Positions 1 through 9,994 of a stretch of DNA of 62,201 nt are shown piece by piece. The notes below the pieces were generated by a model that worked only from the letters and a program-made list of their open reading frames with translations, was not told the DNA's origin and did no database searches. How positions within the stretch are numbered: position 1 is the stretch's first letter; each line of letters opens with the position of its first letter. Location of the stretch: the sequence record SRR31156797_5248. The stretch is one strand, 5' to 3'. The position numbers and the translations under genes are program-made.

Positions 1-29
1 TTGCTTCGTCGTTCCTCCTCGCAATGACG
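1..29. repeat. Right arm of a REP-like palindromic intergenic repeat (truncated by window edge)
   Basis: TTGCTTCGTCGTTCCTCCTCGCAATGAC matches the widespread GATTGCTTCG...CTCGCAATGAC repeat arm; the left arm would lie upstream of the window. Confidence 0.6.
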
Positions 30-95
30 TTTCTATTGATTTTTATTCATCCCTTGCTACCCATTCACTAAACAAACTCACTTAAACTAATTACA

Positions 96-2264
96 ATGAA
101 AAAGCTTTTTACGATTGCTTTTGTACTTTTTTTGAATGTAGCACTTCTAAATGCACAGGATAGCTATGTAACATCCGGAAATGGCTATATGGCCGTAGAC
201 ATTTTACCTACACAGGACATGTTTTCAACGTTTGACATCGCCGGAAATTACTTGTATGGACATGATGGCGATACAATTCACAAACTAGACATAGAAACCG
301 GGGAAACGCTTGCCAAATATGGAAAACCTGCAGGATATGGGTCATACCCTAGTTTTTTGCATGTTGATGAAGCCAACAATGAAATGTGGGCCGGCTTTAC
401 CGTTTCTGGAAATACCGACGATCGTATTTATCTAATTGATCTCGCATCAGGTACATGGACACATGAAGCTACATTGGCCGGCAATTTCGATTTAGTAAAA
501 CTTAACGGTCATTTATTGGTTAGCGGAACCGTTTATGGCACACCAAATAACATTTTCTTGTTGGATACCACAGGAAATAATAACCATAGAGCTATTATTG
601 AAACAGGCGGAAACTCAGCAGGTATAGATGTTGATCAATCTGAAAACCTATACTATGCCACATCTTTAGGCGAAAACGAAAGGCTTGTACGCTGGAAGTA
701 TTGGGATATCATGGAAGTGATTGAAAATGAATCGGCAGATCCACTCCAATTAACCGATGCTATGAAACTCTCAAACCTTGCAGCTGGAGCATATGACTGT
801 GTGGTTGATGAGGCCAATAATGTTTTTATGACTATTAATGATTATTCATCAGAAAAGGTCTTAGCGAGATGGAACGGAGCTTATCATGACGACATGAACT
901 ACGATACCGTAGCATCTACTGATGGTGATTATGACTGGTTTACAATGGTCAAAGCTCATGGAGATGCATTAGAACCTGGAGATGAAAATGGCATTTTCAC
1001 CCTTTCATACACAAGGCCTGTAGTAAAGGCAAATGGAAACAATTATACACCGGTACTAACTGTGCCATTTGAAAACATTCAGGTTTCTATAGAGAACGAG
1101 TACATTCTTTTAGATATGAACGGGCATTTTACAGACCCGGATGATCCTGATTCATTTACCTACTGGGCATATAGTAATAATGAAGGTGTTGCAATAGCTA
1201 ACTTATTATATGACACAATATTAGAAATTTATTTTTTTAATACAGGACAAACTACAGTTAGCATTTATGCTACCAATGCAGGTAGAACTGTAAAAGCAGA
1301 ACTCATTGTGGGTGTTTATCAGGAAATTACAGGTAATTACACAATTGCCGATTTCGAAGATTTAAGTTTACCATCAAACAGTTATTGGAATGGGTCTACA
1401 GGCGAAGGACAATTCACCACTGGTAATGCGATTTTCAAAAATAGTTATAATGCTGATTATAGTTCATGGAGTGACTGGGCTTATACAAATATGTCTGATG
1501 ATACTACCGCAGGATATGATAATCAATTCAGTGCAATTACAGCTCAAGGGTTTGAGCCGGTGGTTTCAGAAGGATCAACCTATGGTGTATCTTATCCATC
1601 AAACTGGGGAGCAACAAATATTAAATTTAATGATAATAAAGCTCATTTAGTTAAAGGGTTTTACACAACCAACAGCACTTATGCTGCACTGGCCATGAAG
1701 AATGGAGATGCTTTCTCGAAAAAATTTGGAGGTGGTAATGGAAACGATCCGGACTGGTTTAAACTTTCAATCTGGGGACATTATAATGGTGGGCAAACCG
1801 ATACGATTGATTTTTATTTAGCCGATTATCGTTTTAATGATAACGAAATGGATTACATCATTGAAACATGGCAATGGGTTGAACTTACTTCCCTTGGTTA
1901 TGTTGACAGCTTACAAATGAGCTTAAGCTCTTCCGACAATGGCCAATGGGGAATGAACACTCCAAATTATTATTGTGCCGACAATTTCTATGTGGGTCCA
2001 GCCGAAGTTGGTATTGAGGAATCTATTACATCAACTGGAGTAAATGTATATCCAAACCCAACTCAAAATAGCGTTACATTACAAATCGCATCAAATGAAA
2101 ACTTTGATGCATCTTTAATGGATTATACAGGTAAAACGATTACCCAATTGAATAACGTAACTGACTGTCAAACAATAAATCTCACAGGATTTGCAAACGG
2201 ACTTTATATACTTCAGCTAAAAACTGAAAATAACGTAATTACCAAAAGAATTATAAAACAATAA
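96..2264 (+). CDS. DUF4465 (BtuJ-like, putative cobalamin-binding) protein with N-terminal beta-propeller-like region and T9SS type A C-terminal domain
   Basis: SpI signal (LLNA-QD); DUF4465 motifs YWNGS, WSDWAYTN, DNQFSAI, YLADYRF, WGMNTPNYYCAD; CTD VYPNP...GLYILQL...KRIIKQ; located upstream of a BtuB-like receptor. Confidence 0.8.
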   Translation: MKKLFTIAFVLFLNVALLNAQDSYVTSGNGYMAVDILPTQDMFSTFDIAGNYLYGHDGDTIHKLDIETGETLAKYGKPAGYGSYPSFLHVDEANNEMWAGFTVSGNTDDRIYLIDLASGTWTHEATLAGNFDLVKLNGHLLVSGTVYGTPNNIFLLDTTGNNNHRAIIETGGNSAGIDVDQSENLYYATSLGENERLVRWKYWDIMEVIENESADPLQLTDAMKLSNLAAGAYDCVVDEANNVFMTINDYSSEKVLARWNGAYHDDMNYDTVASTDGDYDWFTMVKAHGDALEPGDENGIFTLSYTRPVVKANGNNYTPVLTVPFENIQVSIENEYILLDMNGHFTDPDDPDSFTYWAYSNNEGVAIANLLYDTILEIYFFNTGQTTVSIYATNAGRTVKAELIVGVYQEITGNYTIADFEDLSLPSNSYWNGSTGEGQFTTGNAIFKNSYNADYSSWSDWAYTNMSDDTTAGYDNQFSAITAQGFEPVVSEGSTYGVSYPSNWGATNIKFNDNKAHLVKGFYTTNSTYAALAMKNGDAFSKKFGGGNGNDPDWFKLSIWGHYNGGQTDTIDFYLADYRFNDNEMDYIIETWQWVELTSLGYVDSLQMSLSSSDNGQWGMNTPNYYCADNFYVGPAEVGIEESITSTGVNVYPNPTQNSVTLQIASNENFDASLMDYTGKTITQLNNVTDCQTINLTGFANGLYILQLKTENNVITKRIIKQ

Positions 2265-2336
2265 TACCGATTAGGTAATGACATTAGCGTTAAAATTGCT
2301 TCGCATTTAACGCTGTCATTTCTCTATCGGCATTAT
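2261..2336 (+). other. Long imperfect intergenic stem-loop without U-tract
   Basis: ATAAT/ATTAT, CCGAT/ATCGG, AATGACA/TGTCATT and AGCGTTAAA/TTTAACGCT pair around a TGCTTCGCA loop. Confidence 0.7.
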
Positions 2337-2371
2337 ACCAAACGATAATTTTAAAGTTAAAATGGTATAAG

Positions 2372-3760
2372 ATGCAAAAATCACTTCTCATATTATTGAT
2401 TGTATTTGGTTTTTCCTTCATCGGAAAAGCACAATATATTTCAAATGTATTGGAATACAAACCAGCACCGGGGCAGCTCATAAACGAGTCGCCCTGGGGT
2501 ATTCCCTCTGCTGCTCAAAGTATTATTGGTGGGATCGATGGGCATTTGTCTTTGGGTGCCTGGGGCGGATATGTGATATTTGAATTTGCCAACCCCGTTG
2601 AAAATCATCCCGACAATCCATACGGTGTAGATTTTACCATTTTTGGTAATCCTATGCCCGATTGGAGTGAACCTGGAATAGTCTGGGTTATGAGAGATGA
2701 AAACAATAACGGACTAGCCGACGATAGCTGGTATCAACTGGCAGGTAGCGATTATCATTTTTCAAACACAATTCGCAATTATGAAGTAACCTACACTAAT
2801 CCCAATCAGGATTCAGCTATAAATGTGCCATGGATCGACAATTTAGGCAACTCAGGGTACATTTTAGCAAACTCAATCCACACACAACCTTATTACCCAC
2901 TGGCTGATAGCTTTCCAAACATTTCAAATACAAGTTACCAATTAAACGGAACACGTATTCTCCCGGAAGTAGACAGCACCTCTTTTATGATCAAGGTACT
3001 CAAACGAGGATTCGGTTACTCCGATAACCAATTAAAAGGAAGTGCTCCCTGGACTACCCCGGACAATCCATATACCATCGAAATGGAAAACTCCGGCGGA
3101 GATGGGTTTGATATCAGTTGGGCTATAGACCAGGATGGAAATTCCGTTGCGCTTGATGAAATTCATTTCATCAAAGTACAAAATGGAATGTTGGCAAATG
3201 GAGCTTGGTTAGGAGAAATCTCTACAGAAATAACCGGAGCCGTTGATGTAAGTCCGAATAGCTCCATATCAGGTGAAAACCAAATGATTGTTATTAAGGA
3301 TTTACCTCCACTCATTCAACAAGAAAGTATTAACCTGGAAGCCCTGGCATTTGAAAATGGTCTATTGCAGACATCTGAAAATATTCTGTGGTCCACAAAT
3401 ATGGAAGGAGCTTCAGTTGATGAAGATAACATATTACACCTAACACAATCCGGAACACTGGAAATAACAGCTACACTGGAGAGTAATCCTCAGATAACTG
3501 CCACAGCGAGTGCTGAAATAGATTTAGGGAATGCAATTAAACAACCAGAAGAAAAACAGCAGCTTAGTATATATCCGAATCCTGCAATAGATTTTTTAAC
3601 TGTACAGGAGAATGGAACTTTACAAATATTTACCCCACAGGGACAAGTCATTTATGAAAAACCTGTAAACAAACATACGCGATTACAAATTTCGCATTTA
3701 GTGCGAGGAATTTACCTGATAAGTTTAAATGGTAAAACGGCTAAACTTATCAAACAATAA
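2372..3760 (+). CDS. BtuH-like cobalamin-binding protein with T9SS C-terminal domain
   Basis: Signal peptide; motifs VLEYKPAPGQLIN, SLGAWGGY, SEPGIVWVMRDENNNGLADDSWYQLAGS, GDGFDISWA, GWLGEISTE-like; CTD IYPNPA...GIYLI...KLIKQ. Confidence 0.7.
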   Translation: MQKSLLILLIVFGFSFIGKAQYISNVLEYKPAPGQLINESPWGIPSAAQSIIGGIDGHLSLGAWGGYVIFEFANPVENHPDNPYGVDFTIFGNPMPDWSEPGIVWVMRDENNNGLADDSWYQLAGSDYHFSNTIRNYEVTYTNPNQDSAINVPWIDNLGNSGYILANSIHTQPYYPLADSFPNISNTSYQLNGTRILPEVDSTSFMIKVLKRGFGYSDNQLKGSAPWTTPDNPYTIEMENSGGDGFDISWAIDQDGNSVALDEIHFIKVQNGMLANGAWLGEISTEITGAVDVSPNSSISGENQMIVIKDLPPLIQQESINLEALAFENGLLQTSENILWSTNMEGASVDEDNILHLTQSGTLEITATLESNPQITATASAEIDLGNAIKQPEEKQQLSIYPNPAIDFLTVQENGTLQIFTPQGQVIYEKPVNKHTRLQISHLVRGIYLISLNGKTAKLIKQ

Positions 3761-3768
3761 CCCGATCT

Positions 3769-5754
3769 ATGTTGAGAATCGGCAAACTTTTAAAATATGC
3801 GCTGCTTTGCATATTGGTCTGTTTTAATTACATGATATCCTCTGCTCAGGGAATTCAGGATTCGCTTTTCCTGATCCCTGAGGTGGAGGTATCCGGCCAA
3901 CGCATTTTTCAAAAAGAAAAAGCGGGCATGAAAGAAACTCAAGTAGATTCTATGATTCTTATGCAAAAAATAAATGCCAATTTATCCACCTTACTTGCAG
4001 AAAACACACCTATATACATTAAAGATTATGGCCGTGGCGCTTTGGCAACCACCTCATTTAGAGGGACAGCCCCATCACATACCCAAGTAAGCTGGAACGG
4101 AATTAACATCAACTCTCCCATGCTGGGAATGGTAGATTTTTCTTTAATTCCTGTTTATATTATTGATAATTTAAGTTTAAAACATGGAGCTGCCTCTACT
4201 AGTGAGCAAAGTGGTGGATTAGGTGGCCATATCAATCTGGAAAATAAAGTCAACTGGCTTGACACGCTTAGTGGAAGGTACATTCAGTCAGCGGGAAGTT
4301 TTTCAACCTTCGAAGAATTTGGCCAACTGAATATTGGCAATAAAACACTACAATCTAAAACACGCGCATACCACTCTTACTCTAAAAATAATTTCCCTTT
4401 TACCAATAGAAGCATTCTTCCGCATCAAGATCAACGAAATAAAAATGCTGATTTTGGGAAATATGGATTGATGCAGGAGTTGTATTACCGACCTATGGGT
4501 CATATGATTATTTCTGTCAAAACATGGGGTCAAAAAGCATATAGAGCTATTCCTATTGTAAATAGTGATCAAAGCGGCGATGAAACCAAAGAGAAAATCA
4601 ATGAACAAAACGATAACACTTTTAAAGCTATTGTCGATTTAGAATACTATATGGATAAGCTTTCATTAAAAGCCTTCACCGGGTTTGATTATCAGAAACT
4701 AAACTATCTATACGGATTTACCACAAGCGGAATAGAAACTATTTTCATCAATTCCAACAGCGAAATGTCCAGTTGGTACAATTTTGTAGCTACTGACTAC
4801 AAATTATCGACAAATATCTCATTCAAAGCCCATGTTAAGTTCAACCGGTTTGATATTACTAGTAGCGATAAATATCTCCAAACAGGATACGATGTAATAA
4901 GGCATGAAGGTTCTCTTTTTTTGGGTACTTATTATGAACTCAATCGAATTGTGCAATTTAATGGTAATGTGCGAAAAGACTATGTGGAAAATCTAAGCAC
5001 ACACCTTATTTACACAATTGGAACCAGCATCAAGCCTTTCAAAAAGCAAAACCTGATACTAAAAGCTAATGCGGTTCGAAATTTTCGCAATCCTTCACTT
5101 AATGATCTATACTGGCAACCCTCAGGTAATCCAAACCTAAAACCAGAAAAAGGTTATACTTACGAAAGTGGCTTGGTATATGGCTATGGCACAAAAATAT
5201 GGTCCATAAATACAGAAATCACAGGATATTATTCTGAGATCAATAACTGGATTACATGGTTCCCTTCTACGTCTGGACCATGGTCACCATTAAATCTTAA
5301 AAAAGTAGAGTCAAAGGGTATTGAAATCAGTTTTCAGGGAAGTTTAAAGGTAAATAAAACACAGTTTTATGCCAATGGAAACTACGCTTACACAAGTACG
5401 GTCAACAAAGGAGAAGCATTAACCGAACAAGATATTTCCATTGGAAAACAACTGCCGCTTATACCTAAACATTCAGGTAATCTTTTTCTGAAAGCTGAAA
5501 ACAGAGGTTTCTATATTGGATTTCAGCATAACTCTTACAGCCGTAGGTATGCTGTTTACACCAATGATGATTCAGAATCGATAATTCCTTATTACCTGAA
5601 CCATGCATCTGCCGGTAAGCACTGGAGATGGAAGCGTTTCCATTTTGATGCCTCACTCAAAGTCAATAATTTATTCGACGAAAACTACAAAAGTGTATTG
5701 AAGCAATACATGCCGGGCAGGAATTATATGGTGATGTTGAAAGTTGGGTTTTAA
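3769..5754 (+). CDS. btuB: TonB-dependent receptor, BtuB-like cobalamin transporter
   Basis: Plug motif YGRGALATTSFRGTAPSHTQVSWNGININSPMLGMVDFS resembles Bacteroides BtuB; NLFDENY...PGRNY and terminal Phe; neighbours are BtuH/BtuJ-like. Confidence 0.7.
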   Translation: MLRIGKLLKYALLCILVCFNYMISSAQGIQDSLFLIPEVEVSGQRIFQKEKAGMKETQVDSMILMQKINANLSTLLAENTPIYIKDYGRGALATTSFRGTAPSHTQVSWNGININSPMLGMVDFSLIPVYIIDNLSLKHGAASTSEQSGGLGGHINLENKVNWLDTLSGRYIQSAGSFSTFEEFGQLNIGNKTLQSKTRAYHSYSKNNFPFTNRSILPHQDQRNKNADFGKYGLMQELYYRPMGHMIISVKTWGQKAYRAIPIVNSDQSGDETKEKINEQNDNTFKAIVDLEYYMDKLSLKAFTGFDYQKLNYLYGFTTSGIETIFINSNSEMSSWYNFVATDYKLSTNISFKAHVKFNRFDITSSDKYLQTGYDVIRHEGSLFLGTYYELNRIVQFNGNVRKDYVENLSTHLIYTIGTSIKPFKKQNLILKANAVRNFRNPSLNDLYWQPSGNPNLKPEKGYTYESGLVYGYGTKIWSINTEITGYYSEINNWITWFPSTSGPWSPLNLKKVESKGIEISFQGSLKVNKTQFYANGNYAYTSTVNKGEALTEQDISIGKQLPLIPKHSGNLFLKAENRGFYIGFQHNSYSRRYAVYTNDDSESIIPYYLNHASAGKHWRWKRFHFDASLKVNNLFDENYKSVLKQYMPGRNYMVMLKVGF

Positions 5755-6563
5755 TTACTAAACCTAAAGTTTATCGGTACTTGATATCTAACAAAAACCG
5801 GTTCTCCCTCTTTTGTGCCTGGAATCCATTTTGGCATTAGTTTTAATACTCTAATGGCTTCTTCGTCAAGTAATCTATGAACACTTTTAAGTACTGTAAC
5901 ATTTGTAATGCTACCATCTTTCCCAACAATAAACTGAAGTAAAACCTTGCCTTGAATACCTCGATATTTAGCTTTCATTGGATATCTTATATTATTCGAT
6001 ATAAACCTGAACAATGCTTCCTGGCCTCCTGGAAAATCCGGCATTACCATATAATTGCAATAATCTGCAACGACACCTAGACTATCCCAAACTGTTCCTG
6101 AAATAAGGGAGTCTTTTTCATAAAAATCTTTTCTGCGCATTTGTCCATTCTTCCAAAATGTAGTAAACTCTCCATGGTATTTTCCGTACTGGTAATTAAT
6201 AAATTCATGTGGTGTTCCGTCCTTATACCAACGCTTAGACATTCCATGGTGTGACCCGCGCATAAAATTCTGTTGTGATTCAACCAGACCTACCTTTGAA
6301 TAATATGTAAAAAGGCCATGCTTAACATCTTTCTTCTGTGTCTCATAAAAACCTGTCATTTGAATTTGTCCTGACATATAATAATCATTCACAGCCCAAA
6401 GTTTCTTATCATTGTCATAATACTCTTTGCGATAAAACTGTGCATTTTTCTTTTTTGAAACAACTTCCCAATCTTTATCAAAATAAGAGATAAGGGTATC
6501 CTGAGCCTTCGCATAACTCAAAGTGGCACAAATAATTACTCCTAATAAAAAGATTTTTCTCAT
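5751..6563 (-). CDS. TonB C-terminal domain protein with MORN-variant repeats
   Basis: Signal peptide; repeats HGLFTYY, HGMSKRWY, HGEFTTFWKNGQ; TonB_C MPDFPGG...IRYP...IQGKVLLQFIV...KWIPG...VPINF; convergent 4-bp overlap with the btuB stop. Confidence 0.85.
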   Translation of the reverse strand: MRKIFLLGVIICATLSYAKAQDTLISYFDKDWEVVSKKKNAQFYRKEYYDNDKKLWAVNDYYMSGQIQMTGFYETQKKDVKHGLFTYYSKVGLVESQQNFMRGSHHGMSKRWYKDGTPHEFINYQYGKYHGEFTTFWKNGQMRRKDFYEKDSLISGTVWDSLGVVADYCNYMVMPDFPGGQEALFRFISNNIRYPMKAKYRGIQGKVLLQFIVGKDGSITNVTVLKSVHRLLDEEAIRVLKLMPKWIPGTKEGEPVFVRYQVPINFRFSN

Positions 6564-6772
6564 AGCTGAAAACTTTAATCTGCGTGCTCAAAAGTAATAA
6601 ATATTTTCCCAACAACAATTACCTTATTTAATTACCGGGTGAGCAATAAAAATCTCCATTATGAATGAGGTTTCAGAAAAAAAACAGCATTTCTCAAAAT
6701 CATTTTATGGAATTTGAATTAATCGTGCATCCTATTAGTGAAAAACGATTAAAAAACTAAACCACAATCACG

Positions 6773-8434
6773 ATGAAATACTTAAATCTATTTATTGCAG
6801 CAATGTTCATAATAACAAACCTGCAAGCAGCCAACGAAAAAAAGGTGAACTCAAAAATCAAACATGTTACGATCTTCACGTCAGGAGCACAAATTGAGCG
6901 TTCAGCTTCTTTTAATATCAATGCCGGGCTTTCAGAAATCATTTTTGAAGGTGTTTCCCCTTACATCAATACCAAAAGCATCCAGGCAAAGGGATTAGGA
7001 GATTACATCATTCTTGATGTTCAGTTCAGAGTAAAGCAGCCAGAACCAATTCCTCCACATAATGAACCTTTACCACCAAGAATTGTAAGAGATATCGCTT
7101 TACTTTCTGACTCAATTTCACAATTAAATTTTGACATAGAAGACCTTACAAACAAAAGGGAATTCATAATGCTCGAAAAGAAAGTGTTGCTCGGAAACAA
7201 ATACATGCAAGGAAATGTAGATACCATTACTGAGTTAAAATTTGCAATGGATTACCTACGCAAACAACTTTCTGATATCAATACTGCACTTATGAAAATT
7301 AAACGGGAAGAATTCGTTTTAAATAAGAAGCGCACTAAAATGCAAAATCGTTTGACTAAACTGCAAGCATATAATTCAAAGGTAAATCCGGTTAAAAAAC
7401 CTGAAGGACCAAAATACCAGGTTGTGGTAAGTGTACAGTCAAAATCAGCAGTAAGTGGCAAAATGGAAATAACCTATATGGTTAATAATGCGGGTTGGAC
7501 TCCAGCCTACGATATAAGAGCAAATGGTGTTGGACAACCAATACAATTAGTTTATAAAGCTAATGTATATCAAAACTCCGGTGAAGAATGGAAAGATGCC
7601 AAACTTACTTTATCGACCATGATGCCAAACCAAAATTACACCAAACCCTTACTCCCTGTTTTGTATGCTAGTTACTACATTCCAAATGTGTATAAAAGTA
7701 GCAGAAAACTTAACCGTTCCTACAGCTCCGCCCCTGCCGAAGCTATTACTGATGATATTTTGTATAAAGAAGACTTCGAATCTGCGAAAACGGCAGCTGC
7801 TTATGCTCAAGCAAACTATACCATGACAAATGTTGAGTATAACATAGATTTACCTTACACCATTCCATCTGATGGTCAGTACCATATGGTAGCCATTCAA
7901 GATAATGAGCTCAATGCTGAGTATTTTCATTACCTGGTACCAAAACTGGACAAACAAGCATTTTTAGTTGCCAAAATCACAGAATGGGGATCACTTGATT
8001 TGTTACCTGGAGCAGCAAATATATATTTCGAAGGAACATATGTGGGAGAAACCAACCTCAATACTAATATCATGGCTGATACACTTGAGCTGGCACTTGG
8101 CAAAGACAGAGGAGTGTTTGCAGAGCGTACTAAGAAAGATGAAAAAGTTCAAACCCAAAAACTGGGTAAAGATGCTGCCAAAACCATTACCTATTCGATT
8201 AAAATTAAAAGCAATAAACTCACCAATATTAACTTGATTGTAGAAGACCAAATGCCAATATCACAAAACGAAGAAATCACAATCAGACCATTGGATATTG
8301 GAAAAGCTAAATTTGCAGAAACAACCGGTATGCTCACCTGGAATATGAAGCTAACCCCTAAAACCACCAAAACACTCGAATTCAGCTATGTAATTGGTTA
8401 TGATAAGAATAAACAATTAGCAAACGTATACTAA
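6773..8434 (+). CDS. DUF4140/DUF4139 (MuiA-like) exported protein
   Basis: SKIKHVTIFTSGAQIER, YMVNNAGWTPAYDIR, VYQNSGEEW, LPGAANIYFEGTYVG, LALGKD, IVEDQMPISQNEEI. Confidence 0.85.
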   Translation: MKYLNLFIAAMFIITNLQAANEKKVNSKIKHVTIFTSGAQIERSASFNINAGLSEIIFEGVSPYINTKSIQAKGLGDYIILDVQFRVKQPEPIPPHNEPLPPRIVRDIALLSDSISQLNFDIEDLTNKREFIMLEKKVLLGNKYMQGNVDTITELKFAMDYLRKQLSDINTALMKIKREEFVLNKKRTKMQNRLTKLQAYNSKVNPVKKPEGPKYQVVVSVQSKSAVSGKMEITYMVNNAGWTPAYDIRANGVGQPIQLVYKANVYQNSGEEWKDAKLTLSTMMPNQNYTKPLLPVLYASYYIPNVYKSSRKLNRSYSSAPAEAITDDILYKEDFESAKTAAAYAQANYTMTNVEYNIDLPYTIPSDGQYHMVAIQDNELNAEYFHYLVPKLDKQAFLVAKITEWGSLDLLPGAANIYFEGTYVGETNLNTNIMADTLELALGKDRGVFAERTKKDEKVQTQKLGKDAAKTITYSIKIKSNKLTNINLIVEDQMPISQNEEITIRPLDIGKAKFAETTGMLTWNMKLTPKTTKTLEFSYVIGYDKNKQLANVY

Positions 8435-8449
8435 GGAAATAAATCTCTC

Positions 8450-8483
8450 AAAAAGCAGCTCTCAAGATGGGAGCTGCTTTTTT
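8450..8483 (+). terminator. Rho-independent terminator (likely bidirectional)
   Basis: AAAAAGCAGCTC...GAGCTGCTTTTTT just after the DUF4139 stop. Confidence 0.85.
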
Positions 8484-8534
8484 CATCATTTAGCTGCAAT
8501 AATGTCTATATTTATAAAAAACTGATATTAAAAA

Positions 8535-9296
8535 ATGCGTTGGATTATATTAATTATTTTCACTGTTTTGTTTTCAACTGATATACTGAGTCAAACCAGA
8601 TTGATTCATGTTTTTGTTGCCTTGTGTGATAATGAGCATCAGGGAATTGTTCCGGTTCCGGCATCTATTGGAGATGGTACAAAACCACATGCCAATCTAT
8701 ATTGGGGCGCAGGATATGGTGTTCGGACTTTCTTCGATAAAAAAACCACCGATTGGGAATTAGTAGCTGACCTAAAATCAAAATCTCCAGTTGTGCTGGA
8801 TCGAATTCTTTTCAAGCATAAAACCGAAGATATTTACCTTTTAGCCGATGCATATGAAGGAGAGCATATTAAAAAATGTATTGAAGACTTTCTGTTAAGT
8901 TCCAATGGGCAAATTCCGGATACTGTCTCTTATAAAGATAAAAACCTAATATTTGGCGGAGGTGCTGATCTGATATCCTATATTGGCCACAATGGTTTGA
9001 TGGACTTTGAGGTGGATATGTCATATAATTTAAATGAAGATAAAAAAGATGTAATCATACTGGGTTGCTATTCTAAATCATACTTTACTGAAGATATTCA
9101 ACGCGCCAATGCTAACCCTGTTCTTTGGACCACCCATTTGATGGCCCCAGAAGCTTATACACTCCACTCAGCCATTGAAGGTTGGATTAATAATGAAACG
9201 GGTAAGCAGATTGATGAGCGAGCCGCACAAACTTACAATGCTTACCAAAAATGTGGAATCAAAGGGGCACGAAATTTATTTACAACCGGATTTTAA
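8535..9296 (+). CDS. Exported conserved hypothetical protein, possible caspase/gingipain-fold His-Cys hydrolase
   Basis: 253-aa ORF with signal peptide; SYIGHNG and IILGCYS motifs. Confidence 0.6.
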   Translation: MRWIILIIFTVLFSTDILSQTRLIHVFVALCDNEHQGIVPVPASIGDGTKPHANLYWGAGYGVRTFFDKKTTDWELVADLKSKSPVVLDRILFKHKTEDIYLLADAYEGEHIKKCIEDFLLSSNGQIPDTVSYKDKNLIFGGGADLISYIGHNGLMDFEVDMSYNLNEDKKDVIILGCYSKSYFTEDIQRANANPVLWTTHLMAPEAYTLHSAIEGWINNETGKQIDERAAQTYNAYQKCGIKGARNLFTTGF

Positions 9297-9309
9297 CCAA
9301 CCAAAAAAC

Positions 9310-9317
9310 TAAATTTG
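9310..9317 (+). promoter_or_regulatory. Bacteroidota sigma-A -7 promoter element
   Basis: TAAATTTG (TAnnTTTG) about 40 nt upstream of the flavoprotein ATG. Confidence 0.55.
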
Positions 9318-9358
9318 TATCAATAAGCGAATGGTTATAAACCAATAAATCTATCATT

Positions 9359-9994
9359 ATGAAAGTAGTAGCATTTAACGGAAGCCCCCGTCAAGAGGGA
9401 AATACATACGAAGCCTTAAAAATTGTTTGTGAGCAATTAGAATTAAAGGGTATTGATACGGAGATTATTCAGGTTGGAATTAAAAATGTGAGAGGCTGCG
9501 CTGCTTGCGGTACTTGTGCCAGAACCAAAAACGAAGAGTGCATCATTAAATCAGATGATGTAAACCTTTGGATTCAGAAAATGAAAGTAGCTGATGGCAT
9601 TATTCTGGGTTCGCCAGTACATTATGCATCAATGGCTGGAAATATGAAATCATTTCTGGATAGAGCATTCTACGTGGCTGGAGCAAACAAATCTATATTT
9701 CGCCATAAAGTTGGAGCTTCAGTTGTTGCCGTGCGCCGATCAGGAGGTTTGCCGACTTTCAATGAGCTAAACAATTATCTACATTATTCCGAAATGATGC
9801 TTGCCTCTTCTAATTATTGGAATGTAATTCATGGTACCATGCCAGGGGAAGTGCATAAAGACGAAGAAGGTGTGCAGATTATGAGAGTGCTGGGTAAAAA
9901 CATGGCTTACTTACTTGAGTTGGTTAAAAATGGAAAAGATAAAGTCACTCCTCCTGAAAAGGAGAAAAAAGTATACACGCATTTTGTTCGATAA
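9359..9994 (+). CDS. Iron-sulfur flavoprotein / NADPH-dependent FMN reductase (flavodoxin-like fold)
   Basis: FNGSPRQEGNT, Cys cluster CAACGTC...C, GSPVHY, RRSGG. Confidence 0.9.
   Translation: MKVVAFNGSPRQEGNTYEALKIVCEQLELKGIDTEIIQVGIKNVRGCAACGTCARTKNEECIIKSDDVNLWIQKMKVADGIILGSPVHYASMAGNMKSFLDRAFYVAGANKSIFRHKVGASVVAVRRSGGLPTFNELNNYLHYSEMMLASSNYWNVIHGTMPGEVHKDEEGVQIMRVLGKNMAYLLELVKNGKDKVTPPEKEKKVYTHFVR

Noticed and set aside
30-95. Cobalamin riboswitch ahead of the btu-like genes
   Set aside because: Region is too short and lacks recognisable B12-box or GGGAA motifs; one may lie upstream of the window
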